Part shown: positions 27,216 through 35,826 of the stretch, piece after piece
Layout: each line of letters begins with the position of its first letter
Position numbering within the stretch: the stretch's first letter is position 1
IMG/VR virus record: IMGVR_UViG_3300027985_000843
Span: 1 to 64,000 of that record
Direction: 5' to 3' (one strand)
DNA length: 64,000 nucleotides
The notes under the pieces: model-generated
Database searches by the model: none
What the model was told of the DNA's origin: nothing
Seen by the model: only the letters and a program-made list of their open reading frames with translations
Made by a program: the position numbers and the translations under genes

Positions 27216-27505
27216 CAGAACGACCCTCGCAGAACGATCTTGGCTATCGCAGCCCTGGCTTCCTCAGGACAGACTCCGATGATGACAGTCACAAGGCACA
27301 CGCACCGACCGAAGTTGTCGACCTCCTCCAGTAGCTTCGGTGGCATGAGCACGCACTCGGGCAAGAGGCCCGTCAAGTGCGAGCCCAGCTCCTCTGCCCT
27401 GTCGAGAACCGACGCCTCCGTGGGGGCCGCGACCTTGATATTGGCCCGCTGAAGGGCCGTCTGGTACGTCACGCCCAGGACCGTCTTGCGCATCTCTGCT
27501 CGCAT
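27215..27505 (-). CDS. Hypothetical protein
   Basis: Class II-like AGGTGTA 11 nt upstream. Confidence 0.55.
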   Translation of the reverse strand: MRAEMRKTVLGVTYQTALQRANIKVAAPTEASVLDRAEELGSHLTGLLPECVLMPPKLLEEVDNFGRCVCLVTVIIGVCPEEARAAIAKIVLRGSF

Positions 27506-27516
27506 GTCATTTACCC

Positions 27517-27540
27517 TACACCTGCCGGCCCGCCGGTGTA
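27517..27540. promoter_or_regulatory. Back-to-back class II promoters
   Basis: TACACCT-N10-CGGTGTA. Confidence 0.75.
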
Positions 27541-27549
27541 AGGAGGAAC

Positions 27550-27912
27550 ATGGACAAGAAATGCGACGGCAAGGATTACTTGGTCCTCGGCAGTGTCGAT
27601 GAGACCGGCGGCCGCCGGTGCGTCATTCATCGGGCCGACCATCGGATAGAACAGGGCCGCGTCTTTCCGCTCCGAGATGGACAGCCCGTCCAACACGCCC
27701 TGGTGGTCAACGCGCCCGATGAGCACGGGCGGTTGGAAGTAGTGGCTGAGATCATCACCAATGGCCCTCCCAAGGTCGTATCCAACAAGTACCGCGAAGG
27801 CTGGGATCGAATCTTCGGCGCACCCGAGGAACCTTCCGACGACATCACCTCGATGATGATCAATCCCTGCTGCCATTACGGTCCCGACCTCGATCCGAAG
27901 GACATGAACTGA
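27550..27912 (+). CDS. Hypothetical protein
   Basis: AGGAGG SD; GPPKVVSNKYREGWDRIFG. Confidence 0.7.
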   Translation: MDKKCDGKDYLVLGSVDETGGRRCVIHRADHRIEQGRVFPLRDGQPVQHALVVNAPDEHGRLEVVAEIITNGPPKVVSNKYREGWDRIFGAPEEPSDDITSMMINPCCHYGPDLDPKDMN

Positions 27913-28442
27913 TGAAATGGCGAAAGGGCGACCTCGGACGGTTCGAATCCGAAGACAGGAACCTGCCTCGATTCGAAGTCATTCGAGCTGTGAAGGATGA
28001 GCACGTCGAGGTGTGGTACGGTGGGACCGATAAGACCACGCTCGTGCCGTGGAGCATCTTTTTCAAGGAGTGCACCAACCTGTGGAATTGGAAGCTCGAT
28101 GTGACCATCCCCCCATGGTTGGCCCCTGGTAGGGAGTTCACGGCCATGGGAAGCTTCAAGCAGGCGCTCATCAAATACAGTGTCGGACACCACATCGGGC
28201 ACAAGGTGTTCTACGGTACGTCGGAGCACGAGCACCTGTACGAGGCGGACAACGCCCGCCTCCTGGTTCGGAACATCCGGCACGACCATGCATCATGCCT
28301 CGTGCTCCCTGAGGGTCCTCTCGTGCTCGTGAGTATCGAAGATGCTGTTCGGTTTCGTCGAACCACTGCATGGTCCCGCCTGCTGGATACCAACGACATC
28401 TTCGAAGAGGAAGTTGACGATCTGGCGGAGATCTTTGGCTAG
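27912..28442 (+). CDS. Hypothetical protein with C-terminal TAWxRL motif
   Basis: Ends TTAWSRLLDTNDIFEEEVDDLAEIFG. Confidence 0.7.
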   Translation: MKWRKGDLGRFESEDRNLPRFEVIRAVKDEHVEVWYGGTDKTTLVPWSIFFKECTNLWNWKLDVTIPPWLAPGREFTAMGSFKQALIKYSVGHHIGHKVFYGTSEHEHLYEADNARLLVRNIRHDHASCLVLPEGPLVLVSIEDAVRFRRTTAWSRLLDTNDIFEEEVDDLAEIFG

Positions 28443-28633
28443 GCGTCCTTCAGTCTCTGAGCCCACGTCATGGGCTTCTTGCTCTCCTCCAGCTCAGCTT
28501 TCAACGACTGGTTTTCTTCTCGCAGGGCGCGGTTCTCCGCTTCCAAGGCGCGAACCCTGGTACGCAGGGCTTCGATCTGAGGTTGGAGATCCCTGCCGTC
28601 TTGCGGCCACAGGTCTAGGTCAACACAGGTCAT
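28439..28633 (-). CDS. Short coiled-coil protein with C-terminal TWAQRL motif
   Basis: Heptad repeats; ends KPMTWAQRLKDA. Confidence 0.65.
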   Translation of the reverse strand: MTCVDLDLWPQDGRDLQPQIEALRTRVRALEAENRALREENQSLKAELEESKKPMTWAQRLKDA

Positions 28634-28643
28634 GTTGTGAAAA

Positions 28644-28660
28644 TACACCGACTCGGTGTA
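28644..28660. promoter_or_regulatory. Back-to-back class II promoters (perfect palindrome)
   Basis: TACACCG-act-CGGTGTA. Confidence 0.8.
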
Positions 28661-28710
28661 TGCTTAGGGGAGGGAGACTCAGTATCGAGCCCCGCATCAG
28701 GAGAAGAGAG

Positions 28711-28869
28711 TTGGATCTAGACTTCGGAAAGCTGACATCGCAAGACCTCAAGGCACTGTCCAAGGCTGTGGACACAGAACGCAAGAGGCGCGGGAAGCGC
28801 AGTCCGGACAACCATGAACCACCCCGGTGGGCCGTCCCGAAGGCAGTCCTGGTGAACCCCAAGGACTGA
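28711..28869 (+). CDS. Small hypothetical protein
   Basis: TTG start after AGGAG; LTSQDLKALSKAVDTERKRR. Confidence 0.5.
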   Translation: MDLDFGKLTSQDLKALSKAVDTERKRRGKRSPDNHEPPRWAVPKAVLVNPKD

Positions 28870-28870
28870 C

Positions 28871-29728
28871 TCAGCTTTTCTGGAATCGACTGTAGTTCGC
28901 TTGGATCTCGCTCGGTGTGAGGATCTTGGCGACCTCGAAGTGCATACCGTCGAGGCGGTCGTACTTCGGAGGCCACCCCCAACCTCCCCACCAGAAGCCC
29001 CAGCGAGCTGCAATGGGGACGATCTCTCGGACGCTGTTATCTGCCCCCACGAGGGCGGGACGCTGCCCGAGATAGTTGCCGTGCGTGTTGATGTCGAACG
29101 CCGTCCCCCACGCGTGGTTGCTCAGAGTCGTTCGAGACCCTCGAACGAAACGAGGAGCCCAGCTGCCACCCCACTGGTGGATGAGGACGGTTAGGTTCTC
29201 GTGTTCAATCTCCTCGAAGAGACCCAGGAGCTGGTCCTTGACCTTCGCGTTCCAGTAGATACGGCCGCTGGCCGGGAACCCGTTGATCATCGTACCTTTG
29301 AGAGTCGGAAGAACCATCTGGGTCAGGTTCTGACGCTTCCACTCAGCAGAGATGCTCACGCCCTCGGGGTTTGCCTTCGTTGGTGTCGGCGTGTGGGGGA
29401 TGTCGCCGAAAAGGGTGATACGACGCTGCCAGGTGGCCGGCTTCATGTCCGTGGGCATCGGGGGCCATGCAGGACCTTCCTTGTCGTTGTTCCCGGGCCC
29501 GACAATGACGAGGCCGTCAGCCATGGCCGAGCCCCACGTCTGGTTGCCCACGATCCCGTCCACGGGCTCCAGGTACGACTGTCTCTGGTAGGACATGGTC
29601 GCTTGGCGGGTCTTGTCTCCGAAGCTACCGTCGACGGCTCCGGCATAATAGCCAAGCCCCAGCAGGAAATTCTGCCACTTGCGTACGAGGGGGCCTCTGG
29701 ACCCCTTCATGATGGGTTCTAGTGTCAT
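28871..29728 (-). CDS. Endolysin-like protein: PG-binding domain plus M15 peptidase
   Basis: GSRGPLVRKWQ..L..LGY..VDGSFG..T..A...YQ..VDGIVG; R..SNHAWGTAFDIN...DGMHFE. Confidence 0.9.
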   Translation of the reverse strand: MTLEPIMKGSRGPLVRKWQNFLLGLGYYAGAVDGSFGDKTRQATMSYQRQSYLEPVDGIVGNQTWGSAMADGLVIVGPGNNDKEGPAWPPMPTDMKPATWQRRITLFGDIPHTPTPTKANPEGVSISAEWKRQNLTQMVLPTLKGTMINGFPASGRIYWNAKVKDQLLGLFEEIEHENLTVLIHQWGGSWAPRFVRGSRTTLSNHAWGTAFDINTHGNYLGQRPALVGADNSVREIVPIAARWGFWWGGWGWPPKYDRLDGMHFEVAKILTPSEIQANYSRFQKS

Positions 29729-29809
29729 TTCACTTTCCTTCGTTGATTTGTGCCACCTGAAGCCGCTGGCCGGTGTCTTTTACTACATCGACTATACACC
29801 ACGGGAACC

Positions 29810-30136
29810 ATGACAACAGACGACCACAAACCAGAAGCACCCCTGAGTAGTCCACCTGTGTCCCAGACGATTTTGAGGCTACGGCAGCAAATCGAAGAAG
29901 CTCGAACCCCAGAGGAGAAGATGGCGTTGATGCTGACCCTCGCGGCTCAGTTCGACCTTGAGCACAGCCTTCTCGACGACGGCTACAACGAGAACTACCA
30001 CAGCTACTTCGAAGAATACGAAGAAGCCCGCATGCACTTCCAGCATACGGCCCTTCGCCTCGCACGCCTGGCCCTCAGCGTGATCGATGACGAAGTGCCG
30101 AACACCTCGCCGCCTCCCCCCAAGAACGTCAACTAG
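29810..30136 (+). CDS. Hypothetical protein
   Basis: Helical acidic ORF. Confidence 0.55.
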   Translation: MTTDDHKPEAPLSSPPVSQTILRLRQQIEEARTPEEKMALMLTLAAQFDLEHSLLDDGYNENYHSYFEEYEEARMHFQHTALRLARLALSVIDDEVPNTSPPPPKNVN

Positions 30137-31020
30137 AAGTCATCGAAATCTCGACCGAGACGAGAGAAAGCCGTCGGTGCCGGCCCTCTGGGGGGCTCTG
30201 GCGGGGCCGGGCGCCTCGCAGGGGGCTCTGGCCGTCTCGGAGTCGAAGCGGGCCGTGTAGGGGGCTCTACGGCTCGAATAGGCCGAACAGCAGCGACCCT
30301 GGTCCCAGTGGCGTGGAACCTTCCGTCCTCACCCCTTTGACTGACCACGGTACCCCCGCCCCCGAAGCTCCCGCCGTATCGGCGGCCGTAATTCGGAGAG
30401 TCGTCGATGTCGATGTCCGGCATCGGCAGTTGGAATGGGCTGCCGGCACCCAGGGCTTCTTGGGCCTGCAAAGCTTCCCGGTTCATGAACAGGGACGACA
30501 GATCGGGGCTGGGAACAGAAGCAAGGTCATCAGCAAAGTTCGCATCCCCTCCAAGTTCCCAATCATCGTCGGTCGAGGTCGAGGTCGAAACCCCCGCTTG
30601 CTGCAACCGGGCGGCCCGATTCGCTATCGCAATGGCACGGGCGTCATGCTGCTCTACAATGGCAGCCGTGACCCGTTGTGTCGCCTGCGACAGAGCGTTG
30701 GCAACACTCTCGATGTTCGGTGTAAAGTCAATGTTGATGTCATCGGCGGCGAACGTAGTGAACTCCACCTCGAAGGGGACCTGCGCTTGTGATGCCTCAA
30801 CCTCGGCCAAAGGTTCGTAGGTGGGCATCTTGGGCCTGCCAAAGGTGGACGCGAATTGGGAGGACTGGACAGCCCTCATTTCCCTCACTGCGCCCGCAGA
30901 CAAGAGCATCTCCGGAGTGAGATCAGGGAGGACAGCTTCTCTGGCAGCACTGCCGTTCCGCTGACGCTCTGCCTCGACAAGTTCTTGGAGTCGTTTTTCG
31001 AGTTCGGAAGCCATGGTCAC
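30133..31020 (-). CDS. Low-complexity protein with C-terminal TAFxRL motif
   Basis: Pro/Arg-rich linker, ends PTAFSRLGRDFDDF. Confidence 0.7.
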   Translation of the reverse strand: MTMASELEKRLQELVEAERQRNGSAAREAVLPDLTPEMLLSAGAVREMRAVQSSQFASTFGRPKMPTYEPLAEVEASQAQVPFEVEFTTFAADDINIDFTPNIESVANALSQATQRVTAAIVEQHDARAIAIANRAARLQQAGVSTSTSTDDDWELGGDANFADDLASVPSPDLSSLFMNREALQAQEALGAGSPFQLPMPDIDIDDSPNYGRRYGGSFGGGGTVVSQRGEDGRFHATGTRVAAVRPIRAVEPPTRPASTPRRPEPPARRPAPPEPPRGPAPTAFSRLGRDFDDF

Positions 31021-31049
31021 ACAGTAGAGATCTAATCAGAGGATTTTCG

Positions 31050-31493
31050 ATGGGTTACCTGATAGACGATCAGTCAGTACCTCCCGTGAGAGATCGGAAA
31101 TGGCGGATATGGTCCGCCCCGGTGTACCGGTTTCTGAGCAAACCCAGATCCTGGTCTGAACTCAAGCAGTGGTCACGACAGATGAAGGTCATGAGCATCC
31201 CACGGATGACTCAGTGCCTGGCTTGGCTGGACCACATGAAGGTGGCCTACACGACCGGCCACGAGGTGAGGGACATTCGGTGGGTGTCAGTCGTCACGGA
31301 CATGTTTGACAGTGTTCCGGACGTCCTCTCCCACGAAAAAGCCGAGGATGATGGTGAAGGCGCCGGTGGTGAGAGCGACGCCCAAGGGCCCCTTGATGAA
31401 GAGGTAGATGGTGGCGGAGAAGAAGAGGACGAGCAGGATGACGGTGATGATCTTGGCGACGACTTTCACGATCTGCTCTCCAGGAACCGTTGA
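31050..31493 (+). CDS. Hypothetical protein (3' part overlaps an opposite-strand ORF)
   Basis: Plausible N-terminal domain; acidic tail is antisense to 31287-31469. Confidence 0.4.
   Translation: MGYLIDDQSVPPVRDRKWRIWSAPVYRFLSKPRSWSELKQWSRQMKVMSIPRMTQCLAWLDHMKVAYTTGHEVRDIRWVSVVTDMFDSVPDVLSHEKAEDDGEGAGGESDAQGPLDEEVDGGGEEEDEQDDGDDLGDDFHDLLSRNR
31287..31469 (-). CDS. Small 2-TM membrane protein (holin-like topology)
   Basis: Two hydrophobic helices, charged C-terminus, GTGA overlap with the 2H gene. Confidence 0.6.
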   Translation of the reverse strand: MKVVAKIITVILLVLFFSATIYLFIKGPLGVALTTGAFTIILGFFVGEDVRNTVKHVRDD

Positions 31494-32014
31494 ACCACTC
31501 GGGCAGCCTTCGTTGTCAGCACGAACGGGAAGGACACCACGAGCTTGTCATCCCCTGAGTTGCCTCCCCACAGCACCAGCTCGTGGGCGCCCCACTCGAC
31601 AGTGGGAATGCTCCGGTCCGAGAAATCCTCACCGCTGTCATCGTAGGCCAACGTCACGTGCGGCTTGAACTCGGGGTGGCGCTGGCTGTATTCGACGCCC
31701 TCTTCGTCGAACACCTTGCGGATGCGTTCCCGCAGAGCATGCAGCTCATCGGATTCCACCCGGCAGATGATGGGCTTGTTGCCGTCACTGGGGAAGCTCG
31801 TAACCAACGAGGTACCCACGGTGAATGGCTTCGTCTGTGAGGTCACTCCGAACGCCACCCGAATAATCTCGGCCAACTCGTTGATGTCCAAGTCGTCGCC
31901 GAAGAAAAACAGGGTCACATGGAAGTGTGACGTGGGCTCTCTGTCACCCGGTACATCGATCCCGCCGAGCAGACGGGCCGTTTCGTGCGGCACAGCCAAA
32001 CCAAGAAATGCCAT
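31466..32014 (-). CDS. 2H phosphoesterase (ThpR/Acb1-like) with C-terminal RVVQRFL motif
   Basis: Two HxT motifs, FHVTL and FKPHVTLAY. Confidence 0.88.
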   Translation of the reverse strand: MAFLGLAVPHETARLLGGIDVPGDREPTSHFHVTLFFFGDDLDINELAEIIRVAFGVTSQTKPFTVGTSLVTSFPSDGNKPIICRVESDELHALRERIRKVFDEEGVEYSQRHPEFKPHVTLAYDDSGEDFSDRSIPTVEWGAHELVLWGGNSGDDKLVVSFPFVLTTKAARVVQRFLESRS

Positions 32015-32021
32015 CAGTTCC

Positions 32022-33278
32022 TCACTTCCACATGATCTCGGGCTGGTAGCTCAAGAGCATCGCCTGAAGGGCTCGCTCGTAGTTGCCAGCGATCCTGTGG
32101 TTCTCGTAGATCTTGCGCTTGATGCCCATGGCCGGACTCTTGGCGTAGGCCACCAGGTCCACGCCCTTCGAGGGGTCGTACTTGAAGACGAGCTGCAAGG
32201 ACGACAACACAGGCTTCTTGCCCTCTTGGACAGGAATGGCCTTCGGGAACTCGTAGCCGATCCAAGCTTCGGCATCCCACTCCCCGTCACGACCGGCTCG
32301 GGCCCGGAAGCTTTCGAGATGCACGGGGAAGTCCTTCACCTTGCGCTTGGTCAGGGTCTTGAGGATGTCCCTGAGCGTGGCCGGGTCGAGTCCGGTGCTC
32401 ACATCTCGGCCGCCTGCCCCCATCATTGTCTCGAACGTGCTCACGATGGCGGAGTCCCAGCTGCCCTCTTGGCCCATGTGCCCGATGGCGAACAGTTCTG
32501 CGAACACTCTTCGAGGATCCTGGGCCCGGTCGGAGGCGTACTTGGTCACCTGCCACTTGGGGTCACTGAAGTCAGCTCGGCAGCCATGCAGGACGTCGTA
32601 CCGTCGACCCAGCTCTCGCAGCACCTGGTAGGTGGCGGACCCGTACTTGTCCGGGGCCAGAAGGCTGATGCTGGCCTTGACGTAAATGGTGTCGTCTGAC
32701 TCTCGATAGATGGCCGTCAGAGGGGCCTCTTGTGGGCGCACTAGGGCAATCTTCAGGCTTCCTGACAGAGCCTTGGTCCTCCACCCCTGAAGGCTGTCGA
32801 GCAGCGTGTTGAGGCGGGCAGCGTACCGGTCCAGGGTGTACTGTGAGAACCCTGCCTCGTTGAGGTAGGTCCTCGTGCACACGTCTTCTTGGAGCTTCGG
32901 GCCGCCCACCCACAGCTGGTAGCCTCCAGAGGTGCCGGCCTTGCGTGCCAACCCCTGGGCTTCGAGCTTTGCCATGCCCTCGTGTTCGGCGTCGGTCTTC
33001 GTTGAAGCGACTCCGCCGGCCCGGAGAATCTGAAGTTGTTGATCCATTCCCGTACGTCTCCAATTGCCGCCGAACCCGTTGTATTGCTTGACTGCCCAAG
33101 CAGACGCAGGTGGCGACGGCCATATGTACTTGTCCGCCGGCCTGTGGATGGTCCTTCCACCAACGGTCAGTTCCTCGACATCCCCCCGCGCGACTTCCTT
33201 GACCCTCTCCCAAAGAGCAGGGTTCGTCGGCTCGTACTCATCCGTCAGATGAGGGTAGGACGGGGCGTTCTTGGTCAT
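32022..33278 (-). CDS. Multi-domain putative late protein with degenerate zincin-like region
   Basis: PALW.RVK...WPS..AS.WAVKQY..GG.W N-terminal module; RELGR in place of HELGH followed by YA...FAELFA. Confidence 0.65.
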   Translation of the reverse strand: MTKNAPSYPHLTDEYEPTNPALWERVKEVARGDVEELTVGGRTIHRPADKYIWPSPPASAWAVKQYNGFGGNWRRTGMDQQLQILRAGGVASTKTDAEHEGMAKLEAQGLARKAGTSGGYQLWVGGPKLQEDVCTRTYLNEAGFSQYTLDRYAARLNTLLDSLQGWRTKALSGSLKIALVRPQEAPLTAIYRESDDTIYVKASISLLAPDKYGSATYQVLRELGRRYDVLHGCRADFSDPKWQVTKYASDRAQDPRRVFAELFAIGHMGQEGSWDSAIVSTFETMMGAGGRDVSTGLDPATLRDILKTLTKRKVKDFPVHLESFRARAGRDGEWDAEAWIGYEFPKAIPVQEGKKPVLSSLQLVFKYDPSKGVDLVAYAKSPAMGIKRKIYENHRIAGNYERALQAMLLSYQPEIMWK

Positions 33279-33281
33279 GAC

Positions 33282-33467
33282 CTAGTCCTTCCCGCGATTC
33301 CTGGACTTGGTGAGGTCCAGGAACAACTTGGGGACACAGACCTTCTCCCCGGTCTTCTTGCGCACGACCACGCCTCCGTCGGGCAGCTCATGCGTGACCT
33401 CCAGAGGTTCTCCCCCGAGGGCTCCTGTACGCAACCACTTGTCGGCTTCAAGATCGCTTGTGCTCAC
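33282..33467 (-). CDS. Small hypothetical protein, first gene of putative late operon
   Basis: GTG 33467 lies 13 nt from TCTTCTTGAA (33481-33490). Confidence 0.55.
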   Translation of the reverse strand: MSTSDLEADKWLRTGALGGEPLEVTHELPDGGVVVRKKTGEKVCVPKLFLDLTKSRNRGKD

Positions 33468-33490
33468 ACAGGAGCCGAAATTCAAGAAGA

Positions 33491-34174
33491 TTAGCTCTTT
33501 AGAATGGCGTGAATTCGTCGGAAGCGGCTGCGAGAGACGTTCCGGAGCTTCGTAAGGTCCAAGGGCCGAACTGGTTGGTCAAGCCACTCCTGAACTGTGT
33601 TCGGAGCCTTCACCCTCCCGAGATGCAGGTAGTGCGGCTTGGCCGGGAGAAGCTCCCGCACGAGGGCCTTGTTGTGGGTCACCACGAAGATGCCCATCGT
33701 CTTCTTGGGCGGATCGAGAGCGAAGTCTCGAATGTACTGGCCCATCCCAGCTGCCCAGCTGTCGGACAGCCCAAGGTCGGGCTCATCCCAGAAAATGGCG
33801 TGCTTGTGCTCACGTCCCCGACACGTGCGAACCCCTGCTATCACCGTGACGGTGGAGTTCTCCCCCGTCGCCTGCCATTGCTCGTTGCCGTAGACCATGC
33901 TCCGCAGCGCGTTGTACCCGTCAACCCGGCCTTGCATGCTCGGGTCCATGCATTCGATCTTGCTGTTCCTGTATGCCTGGCCGACGATCCGACGAAAGAA
34001 AGACTTGCCCCCAGCGTTGTCACCAACCACGATCACGAGCTTGCCCTTGCCAGGGGTCCAGACAGCTGGAATGGCCGGGAGGCCGCCGTCCTCCGGGTTG
34101 AAGTATTCGAGACCGTCCAGCAGATCTTCTACGAGAGCCTGGGGGCTGGAACAATCGAATTTGATGTTCGACAT
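33491..34174 (-). CDS. ABC-type ATPase
   Basis: Walker A GDNAGGKS, ATGE signature-like, Walker B/D-loop WDEPDLGLS, H-loop VVTHN. Confidence 0.85.
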   Translation of the reverse strand: MSNIKFDCSSPQALVEDLLDGLEYFNPEDGGLPAIPAVWTPGKGKLVIVVGDNAGGKSFFRRIVGQAYRNSKIECMDPSMQGRVDGYNALRSMVYGNEQWQATGENSTVTVIAGVRTCRGREHKHAIFWDEPDLGLSDSWAAGMGQYIRDFALDPPKKTMGIFVVTHNKALVRELLPAKPHYLHLGRVKAPNTVQEWLDQPVRPLDLTKLRNVSRSRFRRIHAILKS

Positions 34175-34184
34175 GCTCTAGAAC

Positions 34185-34210
34185 TACACCGGGGAGGCCG
34201 CTTCGGTGTA
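34185..34210. promoter_or_regulatory. Back-to-back class II promoters
   Basis: TACACCG-N12-CGGTGTA, each exactly 10 nt from an ATG (34174, 34221). Confidence 0.85.
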
Positions 34211-34220
34211 GAGTTTTCGC

Positions 34221-35021
34221 ATGACTCCGGAGACTGCTGCTCTAGCGACCCTTGCCGTCATCATAGGCCCTGCGCTGCTCCTGCCCGCCTATCGTATGAT
34301 CAAGCGTCGACAAAAGGCACGTCGGGCAGCTCAGAAGGTCGAACCCCCGAAAGAGGTTCCCAAGAAATCACCCGAGGTGTCGCTTGAGCCTATCGGGGGT
34401 ATCTACTACACCCGCCAGCAGATTTCTTTGGCCCACAGGGTCGTACCCTCGGCATGCATCGTCGGGATCGAAGGGCTGTCCCTTTATCTATCGGAGGGCC
34501 CTGGAACTATGGAAGTCACCCCCACAGACATCAATCTTCTCCGAACGGCCGTGTCGAACGGGTGGCTCACCAAGATCGACTCGGATTTGCCTCCACAACA
34601 AGTACCTGGAATTCGAGCCAGGCTGTCTGAAATAGGCGAAACCTTCCGACGTCGAATTGACGCCTTCCAGCGTCAATTCGATAGCGGATTGGATGCATTG
34701 CGTCGGGCTGAATCTCTGTCGGACGTGGAGCACATTGTCTACACTCCTGGAGAGGCACGCATCTACCGGGCAACCCGGGACTTCGCGCTTCGATCCGTGG
34801 AAGGCGCTACAGTGCACATTCAGAAGGGCGAGCTTCTCCGGTTCGACGGTATGACGGTCACCACTCAACACCATCAGCAAGACGCTCCGGGCCTTCGAGG
34901 GGCCGTACGCAATGGGTGGATCCGGCTTGAACCCGAAGCTGTGTCGATTCGTCAGCCGGCTCAGCCATCTCGAACAGCGACCCAGCGACTCCTCGATGAC
35001 GACGTGTGGGAGGATGCATGA
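34221..35021 (+). CDS. N-terminal TM protein with C-terminal TATxRL motif
   Basis: TM, duplicated LRxAVxNGW[LI] module, ends RTATQRLLDDDVWEDA. Confidence 0.7.
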   Translation: MTPETAALATLAVIIGPALLLPAYRMIKRRQKARRAAQKVEPPKEVPKKSPEVSLEPIGGIYYTRQQISLAHRVVPSACIVGIEGLSLYLSEGPGTMEVTPTDINLLRTAVSNGWLTKIDSDLPPQQVPGIRARLSEIGETFRRRIDAFQRQFDSGLDALRRAESLSDVEHIVYTPGEARIYRATRDFALRSVEGATVHIQKGELLRFDGMTVTTQHHQQDAPGLRGAVRNGWIRLEPEAVSIRQPAQPSRTATQRLLDDDVWEDA

Positions 35022-35371
35022 GCGACCTGATTTTTGGCTTCTTGATCGCAGTCATGGGCTTCCTATTCCTCGCAGCCGTGGTCAGGTGCGTTCTGCTGAC
35101 CCGGCAAAACCTGCTACAAGCGCAGCAGATGGATAAGCTTCGGGATGAAAACCAGCGGCTTCAAGAGTCAGCTGAGCAGCTACGAGACTCAAACGATCGG
35201 CTGAGGAGTCGCATGTTCGATCTTCGCCGCCGAAGTCGTGATCTGGCAACCAAACCGTGTACAGGGGGCGACGCGATGAAGTATCCGTCCGTCGAGACGG
35301 TCCAGCTGAAGCCGAAGCCCATCAAAACAGCCACTGCCCGCCTCCTAGATGGTGATGTGTGGGCGAAATGA
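35018..35371 (+). CDS. TM plus coiled-coil protein with C-terminal TATxRL motif
   Basis: Ends KTATARLLDGDVWAK. Confidence 0.7.
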   Translation: MSDLIFGFLIAVMGFLFLAAVVRCVLLTRQNLLQAQQMDKLRDENQRLQESAEQLRDSNDRLRSRMFDLRRRSRDLATKPCTGGDAMKYPSVETVQLKPKPIKTATARLLDGDVWAK

Positions 35372-35826
35372 ACCCTGATATCCTCGTGGATGCCCTGGCT
35401 GTGTTCGTCCTTTTGGCGGCCTTTGCCGTAGTGAAGTGGTCTCGCAAGTGGCTCAATCAAATCACCAGCCTTAATAACCAAGTCGGCGGTCTTGAGAGCC
35501 AGATTAGGATCCTCAAGGAAACGGTCCGCAGCAGGGAACAAGATCTCAACATCCTCAAAGAGGTCTCTGAGCATCGATGCTCCGAGTTCGAAGCCCGGCG
35601 GGCCGATCAAGCAGTGGAAAACGATCGACTGCGAAGGTACATTGCGTCTTTGCAGCGAGAAATTCAATCATTAAAGCGAGTCGACCAACACCAGATGAAT
35701 GTGCGGCACGACGCAAACGTGCCTCGCGAACCCCAACCACCCTCCGAACCACCACCGTCAGTCTTTCAACGTCTCGAACGCGATGATATATGGGACGCTG
35801 GCCCATGGGACACCGATCCGTCATGA
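35368..35826 (+). CDS. TM plus coiled-coil protein with C-terminal SVFxRL motif
   Basis: Ends PPSVFQRLERDDIWDAGPWDTDPS. Confidence 0.7.
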   Translation: MNPDILVDALAVFVLLAAFAVVKWSRKWLNQITSLNNQVGGLESQIRILKETVRSREQDLNILKEVSEHRCSEFEARRADQAVENDRLRRYIASLQREIQSLKRVDQHQMNVRHDANVPREPQPPSEPPPSVFQRLERDDIWDAGPWDTDPS

